Source: Kineococcus radiotolerans SRS30216 = ATCC BAA-149 (lineage in GTDB: Bacteria; Actinomycetota; Actinomycetes; Actinomycetales; Kineococcaceae). From it: a DNA stretch of 32,000 nucleotides. The DNA lies in contig NC_009664.2 of assembly GCF_000017305.1 (NCBI RefSeq), forward strand, positions 3,270,001 to 3,302,000, written 5' to 3'. The notes beneath the pieces are model-generated. The model worked only from the letters and a program-made list of their open reading frames with translations. It made no database searches and was not told where the DNA came from. The position numbers and the translations under genes were made by a program. Numbering within the stretch: the first letter of the stretch is position 1; each line of letters begins with the position of its first letter. Positions 1 to 9,033 of this stretch are shown here, piece after piece.

Positions 1-339
1 GTCCTCGGCCCCGCACTCCTCAGGGCGCCGAGCTCCGGCTGCGTCCCGTGCTCGGTCCTCGCGACCCTGGCCGGGCCCCTCGTGGTCGTCGAGGTCGGCC
101 ACCGGTGTGCCGACCAGCCGCTGCGCTTCACGGGGCGGGACCTGGTCGTGTTCTTCGTCGGGTACTTCCCCGCCCTCCACGTCGTCGTGCACGTGGCGCC
201 CCGGCGGGGAGACGTCCCCCCCGGGGACCTGCTTCTCACCGAGGCGGGAGCCGCGGTCGCGTCCCTGGTCTCGCGCCGGCAGCCCGTGCGGTCGTTCACC
301 GCGCCCCCCCTCCCCGTGTGGACGCGGGGTGCCGTGTGA
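1..339 (+). CDS. 3' end of an unidentified protein-coding gene (5'-partial at window edge)
   Basis: Frame 1 is open from base 1 to TGA 337-339. Only about 6 of about 112 codons end in A/T. The alternative antisense frame sharing third positions gives an R-rich product with AGG/AGA codons. The stop overlaps GTG 336 of the next gene (GTGTGA). No family recognised. Confidence 0.4.
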   Translation, partial: VLGPALLRAPSSGCVPCSVLATLAGPLVVVEVGHRCADQPLRFTGRDLVVFFVGYFPALHVVVHVAPRRGDVPPGDLLLTEAGAAVASLVSRRQPVRSFTAPPLPVWTRGAV

Positions 340-1499
340 TCGAGCGGGACCCGGTGGGAGCGGTCGGAACCGGCGTGGCCGCCTCGGCGCAGCCAGGTCC
401 TGGCCGGGGACGCGTGGACGGCCTGACGGTGCTGCGCGGAATCGCCATCGCCCTCGTCCTGCTCCGGCACGCCGCCCCGGACGTGTTCGGCGGCGCGGGC
501 GTCGTCGGGGTCACGGTCTTCTTCGCCCTCTCCGGCTGGCTCATCACGGGCGTGCTACTGGCCGATCTGGACCGCTGCGGTCGGGTCTACTACCGCCGCT
601 TCTACTTCCACCGGATCCTCCGCCTGTACCCTGCGCTGCTGCTCCTCGTCGTCGGCCTCGTCCTCGTGGGAACCCTCGCGGACCCGTTGGACGAGGGACC
701 CGCGTGGCGCTGGGCCGTAGCCGTCGCCCTCACGTACACCGCGGACCTGCCGCTCGGACTCCCGGTGAGCACTGCCTCCACCCACCTGTGGACCCTCGCC
801 GTGGAGGAGCAGTTCTACCTGCTGTGGCCGTTCCTGCTGGTGCTCGCCTCCCGCCGCGCCCTGCGCCGGGGTGTCCTGGTCGCGGTGCTGCTGTGCTGGG
901 CGGCGGCGGTGGCGACCGTCGTCGCCGCCGGGGACGTCGTGGTGCGCGCCTACTTCCTGCCGACGTCGTGGTTCGTCGCCCTCGCGGTCGGAGGACTGGC
1001 GCGCACGCTGGACCCGGCTCGGCTGAGCTCGGCGCTGCGGCACCGCACCGTGCTCGGGGCGACGGTGGTGGTTCTCGCGGGCACGTGCCTGGTGCCGGAC
1101 CTCAACGCCAACCGGTTGACCTACCTCCTGGGAGGTCCGGTGATCGCCGTGTGCACCGTGGTCCTCGTCGTAGCAGCTCTGCCCCACCAGCGGGTGCGGA
1201 GCCTCCCGGCCCGGGCGTTGGTGGGACTGGGCACGGTCTCCTACGCCACCTACTTGTGGAACTGGCCGCTGGTGACGTGGGCCGGAGCCCTGCTGCCCGA
1301 TCAGCCGACGGTGTTGGTCGGGGCGGGGGCCGCGGTGGCGTCCGTCGGCGTCGCCACGGTGAGCTGGTACGCCCTCGAGCGGCCGGTGGGTCGGGCCCGT
1401 GCCCGCTGGGGTCGGGGGTCCACGTCGGCTCCCGCCGCGTGCACCCCCGACCTCGGCTCGATCAGTGCTCCGTCGCCTTCTCGGCGCCGGCGCCGGTGA
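336..1499 (+). CDS. Acyltransferase family 3 integral membrane protein
   Basis: Frame of tracked ORF 48..1499. Acyltransferase_3-type N-terminus (LTVLRGIAIALVLLRHAAP) and multiple hydrophobic segments through the C-terminus. The first ~96 tracked codons are R/P-rich and overlap the upstream CDS, so the start was moved to GTG 336 (overlap with the upstream stop). Confidence 0.75.
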   Translation: MIERDPVGAVGTGVAASAQPGPGRGRVDGLTVLRGIAIALVLLRHAAPDVFGGAGVVGVTVFFALSGWLITGVLLADLDRCGRVYYRRFYFHRILRLYPALLLLVVGLVLVGTLADPLDEGPAWRWAVAVALTYTADLPLGLPVSTASTHLWTLAVEEQFYLLWPFLLVLASRRALRRGVLVAVLLCWAAAVATVVAAGDVVVRAYFLPTSWFVALAVGGLARTLDPARLSSALRHRTVLGATVVVLAGTCLVPDLNANRLTYLLGGPVIAVCTVVLVVAALPHQRVRSLPARALVGLGTVSYATYLWNWPLVTWAGALLPDQPTVLVGAGAAVASVGVATVSWYALERPVGRARARWGRGSTSAPAACTPDLGSISAPSPSRRRRR

Positions 1500-3090
1500 G
1501 GCTGCGCACCTCCATCTCCGCCGCCCGCCGCTCGTTGCCGTGCTCGCGCCCGGTCACCGACCCCAGCCAGCCCAGGAGGAAGGCCAGCGGGATCGTCACC
1601 AGGCCGGGGTTCTCCAGGGGGAACCAGGAGAAGTCGACCCCGGTGTCGGTGATCATCGACAGCGACGCGCCGGTGGCGGGATCGGTCTTGCCGGAGACCA
1701 CCGGGGAGAACGCGATCAGCACCAGGCAGGACAGCAGCCCGCCGTACATGCTCCACAGCGCCCCGCGCGTGGTGAAGCGGGACCAGAACAGCGAGTAGAG
1801 GATCGTCGGCAGGTTCGCGCTGGCCGCGACGGCGAAGGCCAGGGCCACGAGGAAGGCGACGTTCTGCCCGTTGGCGAAGATGCCGCCGACGATGGCCACG
1901 GCCCCGATGACGACGATCGTCGTCCGGGCCACCCGGACCTCGGCGGCGGGGGACACCTCGCCCTTCTTGATGACGCTGGCGTAGATGTCGTGGGCGAAGG
2001 ACGCGCTGGCGGTGATGGCCAGGCCGGCCACGACGGCGAGGATCGTCGCGAACGCGACGGCGGCGATGATCCCGAGCAGGATCGTCCCGCCCAGCTCGTA
2101 GGCCAGCAGCGGAGCCGCCGAGTTCGCCTTCCCCGGCGCGGCCTTGATGCGGTCGGCGCCGACGAGGGCGGCGGCGCCGTACCCGATGACCAGGGTGAAC
2201 AGGTAGAACACCCCGATGATCCAGATGGCCCAGACCACGCTGCGGCGGGCCTCCTTCGAGCTGGGCACGGTGTAGAAGCGCATGAGGACGTGCGGCAGGC
2301 CCGCCGTCCCCAGCACCAGGGCCAGGGCCAGGGAGAGGAAGTTCAGCTTGGAGGTCTCGGTGGCGCCGTACTGCGCCCCCGGCCCCAGCATCGCCTCGCC
2401 GGCCGACCCCGGGGCGCTGACCGCCGCGCCCAGCAGGTCGGAGAGGTTGAACCCGTAGCGCGAGAGCACCCACACCGTCATGACGGCCGCCCCGACGACG
2501 AGCAGGCACGCCTTGATGATCTGCACCCAGGTGGTGCCCTTCATCCCGCCGACCAGGACGTAGAGGACCATGAGCGCCCCCACGACGGCGATGACGACGT
2601 TCTGCCCGGCGCGGGAGTCGATGCCCAGCAGCAGGGCGACGAGACCGCCCGCCCCGGCCATCTGCGCGAGCAGGTAGAAGAACGACACCGCCAGCGTCGA
2701 GATCGCCGCCGCCGTCCGGACCGGGCGTTCCTTGAGCCGGAAGCTCAGGACGTCGGCCATCGTGAACCGGCCGGTGTTGCGCAGGAGCTCGGCGACCAGC
2801 AGCAGGGCGACGAGCCAGGCGACGAGGAAGCCGATGGAGTAGAGGAAACCGTCGTAGCCGTAGACGGCGATGGCCCCGGCGATGCCGAGGAAGCTCGCCG
2901 CGGACAGGTAGTCCCCGGCGATCGCGACGCCGTTCTGCGGGCCGGTGAAGGAACGGCCGCCGGCGTAGAAGTCGGCCGCGGTGCGGTTGGTGCGGCTGGC
3001 CCGCAGCACGACCACGAGGGTCACGACCACGAACACCAGGAAGATCGAGATGTTGACGATCGGTTCGCCGACCGTCGTGCCGGGGTTCAC
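1462..3090 (-). CDS. actP: Cation/acetate symporter ActP (sodium:solute symporter family)
   Basis: C-terminal 542 codons of tracked ORF 1462..3927. ActP-like N-terminus (ADFYAGGRSFTGPQNGVAIAGDYLSAASFLGIAG) and an SSF multi-TM architecture. GTG 3090 overlaps the DUF485 stop by 4 nt; the yjcH-actP pairing is classical. Confidence 0.9.
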   Translation of the reverse strand: MNPGTTVGEPIVNISIFLVFVVVTLVVVLRASRTNRTAADFYAGGRSFTGPQNGVAIAGDYLSAASFLGIAGAIAVYGYDGFLYSIGFLVAWLVALLLVAELLRNTGRFTMADVLSFRLKERPVRTAAAISTLAVSFFYLLAQMAGAGGLVALLLGIDSRAGQNVVIAVVGALMVLYVLVGGMKGTTWVQIIKACLLVVGAAVMTVWVLSRYGFNLSDLLGAAVSAPGSAGEAMLGPGAQYGATETSKLNFLSLALALVLGTAGLPHVLMRFYTVPSSKEARRSVVWAIWIIGVFYLFTLVIGYGAAALVGADRIKAAPGKANSAAPLLAYELGGTILLGIIAAVAFATILAVVAGLAITASASFAHDIYASVIKKGEVSPAAEVRVARTTIVVIGAVAIVGGIFANGQNVAFLVALAFAVAASANLPTILYSLFWSRFTTRGALWSMYGGLLSCLVLIAFSPVVSGKTDPATGASLSMITDTGVDFSWFPLENPGLVTIPLAFLLGWLGSVTGREHGNERRAAEMEVRSLTGAGAEKATEH

Positions 3091-3422
3091 CGACGGCTCC
3101 CGGGGGCGTTCTCGACCCGGGCGCGCAGCTCCTCGGCCGCGGGGTCGAAGTGCTTGTTGGCCCACCGGACGTACACCGTCGTGATGACGAACGTGGACAC
3201 GAACTGCCCGAGGCCGAACAGCAGCCCCACGGTGATGTTGGACCCCCCGATCCGGGTGCTCATGAACCCGTGGGCGTAGTCCGCGAGCAGGACGTAGGTG
3301 GCGTACCAGACCAGGAACAGGGCCGAGGCCGGCAGGACGAAGCGGCGGAAGCGCCGCTTGAGGGCCTGGAACTCGGGCGAGGCGCGGACCTCTTCGTAGG
3401 GGTCCTCGTGCGGTGTGCTCAT
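3087..3422 (-). CDS. DUF485 (YjcH-like) small inner-membrane protein
   Basis: 111 aa with two hydrophobic helices. The FQALKRRFRRFVLP motif is typical of DUF485. GAGGAGG lies 6 nt upstream of ATG 3422. Directly precedes and overlaps actP. Confidence 0.85.
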   Translation of the reverse strand: MSTPHEDPYEEVRASPEFQALKRRFRRFVLPASALFLVWYATYVLLADYAHGFMSTRIGGSNITVGLLFGLGQFVSTFVITTVYVRWANKHFDPAAEELRARVENAPGSRR

Positions 3423-3510
3423 GCGTGACCTCCTCGTCGACGGAGCGCCACGCTAACCGCAGCGGGGGACCCGGTGCACGCGACAGGCGGGACGTGGACG
3501 CCCCGCGGTC

Positions 3511-3542
3511 CCGCTCCCGGTTGTCGAGCGTGCCGGGAGCGG
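3511..3542. repeat. Perfect 10-bp inverted repeat (CCGCTCCCGG-N12-CCGGGAGCGG) in a divergent intergenic region
   Basis: Read directly: 3511-3520 is the reverse complement of 3533-3542. Located between the yjcH-actP operon start (3422, -) and the small ORF start (3605, +). Function unknown; candidate operator or 5'-UTR hairpin. Confidence 0.5.
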
Positions 3543-3604
3543 CGATGATCTGGTCCGCGGGACCGACCGGGCCCGCGGACGTCGGACGTGGTGAAGGTGG
3601 AACT

Positions 3605-3940
3605 GTGGCGAAGCGGACGTCGACGACCCGGAACAGCGTGTTCCTGGTGACCGCGGTCCTCGGGGCCGCGGGTGCGGTGTTCGCCGTGCTGCGCGCCCGC
3701 TCGCGGTCGGGCAGCGGCGGCGGGCCCGTGCCGGTCCCGAAGTCCGGCGTCCCGGTGCCGGGCGTCCCGGTCGCGCCGGCGGCCCCGGGCTCCGAGATGC
3801 CGCCCCCCGCGCCGATGCCCACGGCGGCGGACTTCCCGCCGGAGGCGCCCTCGAACGCGGTGGAGAACTTCGAGGAGGCCACGGCGCCCCTGGAGGGTGA
3901 GGGGCCCGGCGACGAGGACGGCCCCACGCCGACGCGCTGA
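3605..3940 (+). CDS. Small N-terminally membrane-anchored, proline-rich hypothetical protein
   Basis: Frame of tracked ORF 3413..3940. GAAGGTGG RBS about 5 nt upstream of GTG 3605. One TM helix ([18 protein letters not shown]) followed by a P/G/A-rich acidic tail. High codon-3 G/C. No family recognised. Confidence 0.5.
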   Translation: MAKRTSTTRNSVFLVTAVLGAAGAVFAVLRARSRSGSGGGPVPVPKSGVPVPGVPVAPAAPGSEMPPPAPMPTAADFPPEAPSNAVENFEEATAPLEGEGPGDEDGPTPTR

Positions 3941-3944
3941 CCGC

Positions 3945-5207
3945 GTGAGCCCCTACGACCCCGCGCGCCCCGCGGGTCCCGCCCGCGACGTGGCCGTCGT
4001 CGGGGGCACCCTCGTCGAGCTCACCCCGGACTGGCGCGGGCAGCGCCGGCCCGGCACGGTCCTCGTGCGCGACGGGCGGATCGCGGCCGTCGGGCCGGGC
4101 GTCCCCGTGCCCGCGGGCGTCCCGGTCCTCGACGCGACGGGCCGGCTGGTCCTGCCGGGGTTCGTCGACGCCCACACCCACCTCGGCGTCCACGCCGAGG
4201 GGGAGGGCTGGCACGGCGCCGACGTCAACGAGAAGGGCGAGCCCCGGGGGGCCCGGCTGCGCTCCTGGGACGGGGTGGACCCCGCCGACCGCGGCTTCCT
4301 CGACGCGCTGAGCGCCGGGGTCACCACCGTCGCCGTCCTGCCCGGGTCCGCCAACGTCGTCGGGGGCCAGACGGCCGCGCTGAGGACCTGGGGCACCACC
4401 GTCGAGCAGATGCTGCTGCGGGCCCCGATCGGGGTGAAGAGCGCCCTGGGGGAGAACCCCCGCAAGAACGGGCAGTCCTCCGGCGGGCCCACGACGCGGA
4501 TGGGGATCGCCGCCTCGCTGCGCGACTCCTTCGCCGCGGCGCAGCGCTTCACCGCCCGGCGCGAGCGCGCCCGGGCCGGGGGCGAGCCCCTGGACCCGCC
4601 CACCGACCGCGAGCGCGACGCCGAGGTCCTGGCCCGGGTCCTCGCCGGGGAGATCGTCTGGCAGCAGCACGCCCACCGCGCCGACGACATCGCCACCGCG
4701 GTCCGCCTCGCCGACGAGTTCGGCTACCGGCTGGTGCTCAACCACGTCACCGAGGGCCACCGGGTGCTGGACCTCCTCGTGGAGCGCGGGCTGCCGGCCG
4801 TCGTGGGGCCGCTGCTGACCTCCCGGTCCAAGCCCGAGCTGCGCCACCGCTCGATGGCGGTGCCCGGGCTGCTGGCCGCGGCCGGGCTGCGGGTCGCGCT
4901 GACGACCGACCACCCCGTCGTCCCGATCCAGCTGCTGCCGGTCTCGGCGGCGCTGGCCGTCAAGGAGGGGCTCGACCCCGACGAGGCCCTGCGGGCGCTG
5001 ACGCTGAACCCGGCCGTGATCCTCGGGATCGACGACCGGGTCGGTTCGCTGGCTCCGGGTCTGGACGGCGACGTCGTCGTGTGGTCCGGCGACCCGCTGG
5101 AGGTCGCCTCCCGCGCGCTGCACGTGGTCAGCGGCGGGCGCGCGGTCTACCGCTGGGACGGCGCGGGGGAGGTGCTCGCCCCCGACGGGACGTGGCGGGC
5201 GCTGTGA
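3945..5207 (+). CDS. Metal-dependent amidohydrolase family protein
   Basis: Tracked ORF 3672..5207. Amidohydrolase signature [12 protein letters not shown] (HxH metal site) and the typical N-terminal beta-sandwich lead-in ([10 protein letters not shown]...[12 protein letters not shown]). Start set at GTG 3945, 4 nt after the preceding stop; upstream tracked codons are R/P-rich. Confidence 0.8.
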   Translation: MSPYDPARPAGPARDVAVVGGTLVELTPDWRGQRRPGTVLVRDGRIAAVGPGVPVPAGVPVLDATGRLVLPGFVDAHTHLGVHAEGEGWHGADVNEKGEPRGARLRSWDGVDPADRGFLDALSAGVTTVAVLPGSANVVGGQTAALRTWGTTVEQMLLRAPIGVKSALGENPRKNGQSSGGPTTRMGIAASLRDSFAAAQRFTARRERARAGGEPLDPPTDRERDAEVLARVLAGEIVWQQHAHRADDIATAVRLADEFGYRLVLNHVTEGHRVLDLLVERGLPAVVGPLLTSRSKPELRHRSMAVPGLLAAAGLRVALTTDHPVVPIQLLPVSAALAVKEGLDPDEALRALTLNPAVILGIDDRVGSLAPGLDGDVVVWSGDPLEVASRALHVVSGGRAVYRWDGAGEVLAPDGTWRAL

Positions 5208-5255
5208 ACCCCGGGGCGCCCGGCACCCGCCGGGGGCCGGGCGCGTTGAGCGGGC

Positions 5256-6155
5256 GTGAGCGAGAACGAGTACCTGGCCGTCGTCAACGCGGGCGCGGGG
5301 TCGGCACGGGCCGGGGCCGTCGACGCCGTCGTGCGGGAGCTGGGCCGGGCCGGTGCGGTGGAGCTGCGGCGCACCCGCAGCCTGGCGGACCTGGCGACGG
5401 CGCTGCTGAGCGCGGACGGGCGGCGGGTCGTGCTGCTGGGCGGGGACGGGTCGCTGCACGCCGCGCTGCAACTGCTCTGGAACGCCGGCGCCACCCGCGA
5501 GGTCGGCCCCCTGGGCGTCGTCCCCCTCGGCACCGGCAACGACCTCGCCCGCTCGCTGCGCCTGCCCCTGGACCCGGTGGCCGCGGCCCGCGTCGTCACC
5601 CGGGGGCGGCCGCGGGGGCTGGAGCTGCTCGTGGACTCCCGCGACCGCATCACCGTGAACACCGTCCACGCCGGCATCGGGGCCTCGGCCACGGCGAAGG
5701 CGCAGCGGCTGAAGAAGGTCCTCAAGGCCGGGGCCTACCCGGTGGGGGCGGCCTGGGCGGGCGTCAGCGCCGGGCGGGGGTTCCGGTTGCAGGTCCGGGT
5801 CGACGGGCGGGTCGTGTCGCCGGGGGGCCGTCCCGTGCTCATGGTCGGCATCGGGATCGGCGGCACCATCGGGGGCGGCACCCCGCTGGTCCCCGGTGCC
5901 GACCCCCACGACGGGGTGGCCGACGTCGTCGTCTCGGAGTCGACCGGGCCGCTGGCCCGCCTGGGGTTCGCGGCCGGTCTGCGCAGCGGGGTGCACGTCT
6001 CGCGCCAGGACGTCACGACCGCCACCGGCACGGTCGTCGAGATCACCGCCGTCTCCGGCACGTTCCGCCTCAACTCCGACGGCGAGGTCACCGACCACCA
6101 GGAGCACGAGCGCTTCGAGATGCACACCGACGTCTACGAGGTGCTCTGCCCCTGA
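5256..6155 (+). CDS. Diacylglycerol kinase catalytic-domain family lipid kinase (YegS/DagK-like)
   Basis: 299 aa. Motifs LLGGDGSLH and PLGTGNDLARSL are typical of the DAGK_cat family. Confidence 0.8.
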   Translation: MSENEYLAVVNAGAGSARAGAVDAVVRELGRAGAVELRRTRSLADLATALLSADGRRVVLLGGDGSLHAALQLLWNAGATREVGPLGVVPLGTGNDLARSLRLPLDPVAAARVVTRGRPRGLELLVDSRDRITVNTVHAGIGASATAKAQRLKKVLKAGAYPVGAAWAGVSAGRGFRLQVRVDGRVVSPGGRPVLMVGIGIGGTIGGGTPLVPGADPHDGVADVVVSESTGPLARLGFAAGLRSGVHVSRQDVTTATGTVVEITAVSGTFRLNSDGEVTDHQEHERFEMHTDVYEVLCP

Positions 6156-6170
6156 CCCGCGCGGGACCCC

Positions 6171-7160
6171 TCAGGCCCGGTGCGGGTCGACCCCGAAGGC
6201 GGCGGCTAGGTCGTCGAGGATCAGGTGGGCGCCCTGCACGCCGACGGAGGTGTACCAGCGCTCGTCGGAGACCTCCGTGGTGGCGGGCAGCGCGCGCCAC
6301 AGGCCGTTGCCGGTGAAGCGGCCGGCCGCGGCCGGGTCGTCGACGTCGTAGCGGGAGTAGAACACCCGGTCGCCGGCGGCCGCGTCGATCTGCTCGGGGG
6401 AGACCTCGACGGCGAACTCGTCGACGTCCTGGCGGGCCGGGCGCGCCAGCCCGGCGTCCCGGAGCACGATGCCGGGGAAGGACGCCCTCGCGTACAGGCG
6501 CGCGGGGTCCTCGGCGGACAGGAAGCGCACCAGGGAGATCGTCGGCCGTCCGGCGGCGGCGTTGATGTCCGCGCCGACCGCGGCGGCGCGCTCCTCGTAG
6601 TCCGCGAGCTGCTGCTCGCCCGCCTCCTCACGGCCCAGGGCCCGCGCGACCAGGCGCACGTTGTCCTTCCACGCGGGTCCGGTGGTGGCGGTGAAGACGG
6701 TGGGGGCGATGGCGGACAGCTCGTCGTACAGCTCCTCGTGGCGCACGCTGGCGGAGACGATGAGGTCCGGCTGCAGGGCGGCGATGGCCTCCAGGTTCGG
6801 CTCGGCGAGCGTGCCGACGTGGGTGGAGCCCTCCGTCCGCGGCAGCCGGAACACCTCCGGCAGGCCCGCGGGCTCACCGGTGTGCCCGACGACCTGGACG
6901 TCCAGCCCGGCCACGGCCCCGACGAGGCTGTCGTCGAGGGCGACCACGCGCTCGGGGACCGCCGGGACGGTGGTGGAGCCGCGGTCGTGCTCGACCGTGC
7001 GGGGGAAGGTGCCCGCCGCGTCGCGTGCCGTCTCCCCGGGGGCGGTGCTCCCCGCCGCGCCGGCGGTCCCTCCGGTGGTCCGTGCGTCGCCGGTGCTGCT
7101 GCACCCGGCGAGCAGGACCCCGGCGACCAGACCCGCTGCGACACCCCTGCGCACGTGCAC
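6171..7160 (-). CDS. Fe(3+)-siderophore ABC transporter substrate-binding lipoprotein
   Basis: 329 aa. Signal peptide with lipobox LLAGC. Periplasmic-binding-protein type 2 features (LQPDLIVSASV..., YDELSAIAPTV). GGAGGAG RBS 5 nt upstream of GTG 7160. Iron box upstream. Confidence 0.8.
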   Translation of the reverse strand: MHVRRGVAAGLVAGVLLAGCSSTGDARTTGGTAGAAGSTAPGETARDAAGTFPRTVEHDRGSTTVPAVPERVVALDDSLVGAVAGLDVQVVGHTGEPAGLPEVFRLPRTEGSTHVGTLAEPNLEAIAALQPDLIVSASVRHEELYDELSAIAPTVFTATTGPAWKDNVRLVARALGREEAGEQQLADYEERAAAVGADINAAAGRPTISLVRFLSAEDPARLYARASFPGIVLRDAGLARPARQDVDEFAVEVSPEQIDAAAGDRVFYSRYDVDDPAAAGRFTGNGLWRALPATTEVSDERWYTSVGVQGAHLILDDLAAAFGVDPHRA

Positions 7161-7190
7161 GACGTCTCCTCCCGGTGATCGAGCTGTGGA

Positions 7191-7209
7191 GTAGGTGAGG
7201 CTACACTAA
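7191..7209. promoter_or_regulatory. IdeR/DtxR-type iron box
   Basis: GTAGGTGAGGCTACACTAA matches 15 of 19 positions of the remembered consensus TTAGGTTAGGCTAACCTAA. Lies about 30 nt upstream of the siderophore-binding protein start and overlaps a minus-strand TAGTGT -10-like hexamer. Locally A/T-rich in a high-G+C background. Confidence 0.65.
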
Positions 7210-7258
7210 GTACGTGGAGTGGGTGGCCGGTCGCCGCCACGCGCGGGGCGGGACGCAC

Positions 7259-7299
7259 GAGGGCGGGCCCCCGGGAAGCGCTCCCGGGAACCCGCCCTC
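7259..7299 (-). terminator. GC-rich hairpin downstream of metI (putative intrinsic terminator without U-tract)
   Basis: GAGGGCGGG (7259-7267) pairs with CCCGCCCTC (7291-7299), with an inner CCCGGGA/TCCCGGG stem. Sits about 50 nt after the metI stop. Confidence 0.45.
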
Positions 7300-7346
7300 G
7301 TCCACCCCGCGCCCGCCGCGCGGCCGGGGGTCCCTCCTCGGAGCGG

Positions 7347-8012
7347 TCAGCGCCGCATGACGCCGCGCGCCAGCCGGTTCCCGAGGACCTGCCCCACCTG
7401 GACGATGATGATGATCGCGGCGACGGCCACGTAGATGATCCCGTAGTCGTAGCGCTGCTTGCCGTAGGTGATGGCGTAGTCGCCCAGGCCCCCGCCGCCG
7501 ACGAGACCCGCCTGGGCGGTCATGTCGACGATGCCGACGAAGATGAACGTGTACCCCAGGATGAGCGGCCCCAGGCCCTCGGGAATGACGACGCCCAGGA
7601 GGATCGACAACCGCGACGCCCCCACCGCGCGCGCGGCCTCGACGACCCCGGGGTCCACGCCGACGAGGCTCTGCTCGACGATGCGCGCCACCGCGAACGC
7701 CGCGGCGAGCGAGATCGCGAACGTCACCGCCTCCGTCCCGATGGTCGTCCCCACCGCCGCGATCTGCAGCGGCGTGATCGCGGCCAGGAAGATGACGAAC
7801 GGGATGGGGCGCACCAGGTTCACGACGAAACCGATGAGCACGAACACGAACCGGTTGCCGAACAGGTTCCCCGGTCGCGTCGCGTACAGCGCGGTGCCCA
7901 GGACCAGGCCCAGGACGCCGGCGGCGACGAGGGAGACGATCGACATGAGCAGCGTCTGCCAGATCGCGTCCTTGAACACGTCGAGCGTGTCGAGGAATCC
8001 GCTGAAGTCCAC
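7347..8012 (-). CDS. metI: Methionine ABC transporter permease
   Basis: 221 aa, 5 TM segments. EAA-loop EAARAVGASRLSILLGVVIPE. GTG start 1 nt after the metN stop. Confidence 0.9.
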   Translation of the reverse strand: MDFSGFLDTLDVFKDAIWQTLLMSIVSLVAAGVLGLVLGTALYATRPGNLFGNRFVFVLIGFVVNLVRPIPFVIFLAAITPLQIAAVGTTIGTEAVTFAISLAAAFAVARIVEQSLVGVDPGVVEAARAVGASRLSILLGVVIPEGLGPLILGYTFIFVGIVDMTAQAGLVGGGGLGDYAITYGKQRYDYGIIYVAVAAIIIIVQVGQVLGNRLARGVMRR

Positions 8013-8013
8013 G

Positions 8014-9033
8014 TCAGGCCTCCTCGTCCACGTCGATCCCGGCCGCGCGCAACGCGTCCAGGGCGGCGTCGGCGTCGCCGCCGAGCTCGTAGGTCAGCGA
8101 CCCGGCCCGCCGCTCGCGGATCTCCGAGACCCCGCCGTAGACGAGTTCCGCGCTCGTCCCGGTCTCCCGGAACGCGGCGTCGATCCGCTGCTGCAGACCG
8201 GGTTCGTCGGTGATGCGGACGGTGACCAGGCGGCCGGGGTGGTGGGTGCGCAGCCGCGCCAGGGTTTCCGCGGAGGGGCGGTCGTGGGTGGCGCTGCGCA
8301 CGAAGCGCTGCGCCGCCGCCGTCCGCGGGCGGGAGAACACGTCGTAGACGTCGCCCACCTCGACGACGCGGCCGTCCTCCATCACCGCGACCCGGTCGGC
8401 GATCTGCCGCACGGCCTCCATCTCGTGGGTGATGACGACGATGGTCACGCCGAGTTCGGTGTTGACCCGGCGCAGCAGCGCGAGCACCTCGGAGGTCGTC
8501 TCGGGGTCCAGGGCGCTGGTCGCCTCGTCGCACAGCAGCAGCGGGGGGTTCGTCGCCAGGGCGCGGGCGATGCCGACGCGCTGCTTCTGCCCGCCGGAGA
8601 GCTGCTCGGGGTAGGCGTGGGCCCGGTCCAGCAGGCCCACGAAGTCCAGGAGTTCCGCGGTGCGGCGGTCGCGCTCGGCCGGGGCGACCCCGGCGACCTT
8701 GAGGGGGTAGGCGACGTTGCCGGCGACGGTCCGGGACCGGAACAGGTTGAACTGCTGGAAGATCATGCCGATCCGGGAGCGCGCCTTGCGCAGCTCGCCC
8801 TCGGACAGCTTCGTCAGGTCCTGGCCGGCGACGTGGACGCTGCCCGAGGTGGGCTTCTCCAGGGCGTTGATCAACCGCACGAGGGTGGACTTGCCGGCCC
8901 CGGAGTAGCCGATGACCGCGAGGACCTCGCCCTCGGCGACGTCGAGGGAAACGGCGTCGACCGCCGTGACGGTCTTGCCGTCACGGCGGTCGAAGCTCTT
9001 GCTGACCTCGGTCAGCGAGATGAGCGTGCTCAC
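8014..9033 (-). CDS. metN: Methionine ABC transporter ATP-binding protein
   Basis: 339 aa. Walker A GYSGAGKST, signature LSGGQKQRVGIARAL, Walker B LLLCDEATSALD. C-terminal NIL-type regulatory domain region. Start overlaps the metQ stop by 4 nt. Confidence 0.92.
   Translation of the reverse strand: MSTLISLTEVSKSFDRRDGKTVTAVDAVSLDVAEGEVLAVIGYSGAGKSTLVRLINALEKPTSGSVHVAGQDLTKLSEGELRKARSRIGMIFQQFNLFRSRTVAGNVAYPLKVAGVAPAERDRRTAELLDFVGLLDRAHAYPEQLSGGQKQRVGIARALATNPPLLLCDEATSALDPETTSEVLALLRRVNTELGVTIVVITHEMEAVRQIADRVAVMEDGRVVEVGDVYDVFSRPRTAAAQRFVRSATHDRPSAETLARLRTHHPGRLVTVRITDEPGLQQRIDAAFRETGTSAELVYGGVSEIRERRAGSLTYELGGDADAALDALRAAGIDVDEEA

Noticed and set aside
1462-1499. 38-nt convergent overlap of the acyltransferase and actP 3' ends as a possible mis-call
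   Set aside because: Both reading frames are supported up to their stops by family-consistent sequence (actP) or by the absence of an earlier stop (acyltransferase). Such tail-to-tail overlaps occur, so it is not treated as a finding. The acyltransferase C-terminal tail (R-rich) may be non-functional read-through.
3453-6125. 890-aa minus-strand ORF, the longest in the track
   Set aside because: It runs antisense to three well-supported plus-strand genes (small ORF, amidohydrolase, DAG-kinase-like). The product is extremely R/P/G/D-rich with no family signature. This is a typical shadow ORF of a high-G+C genome.
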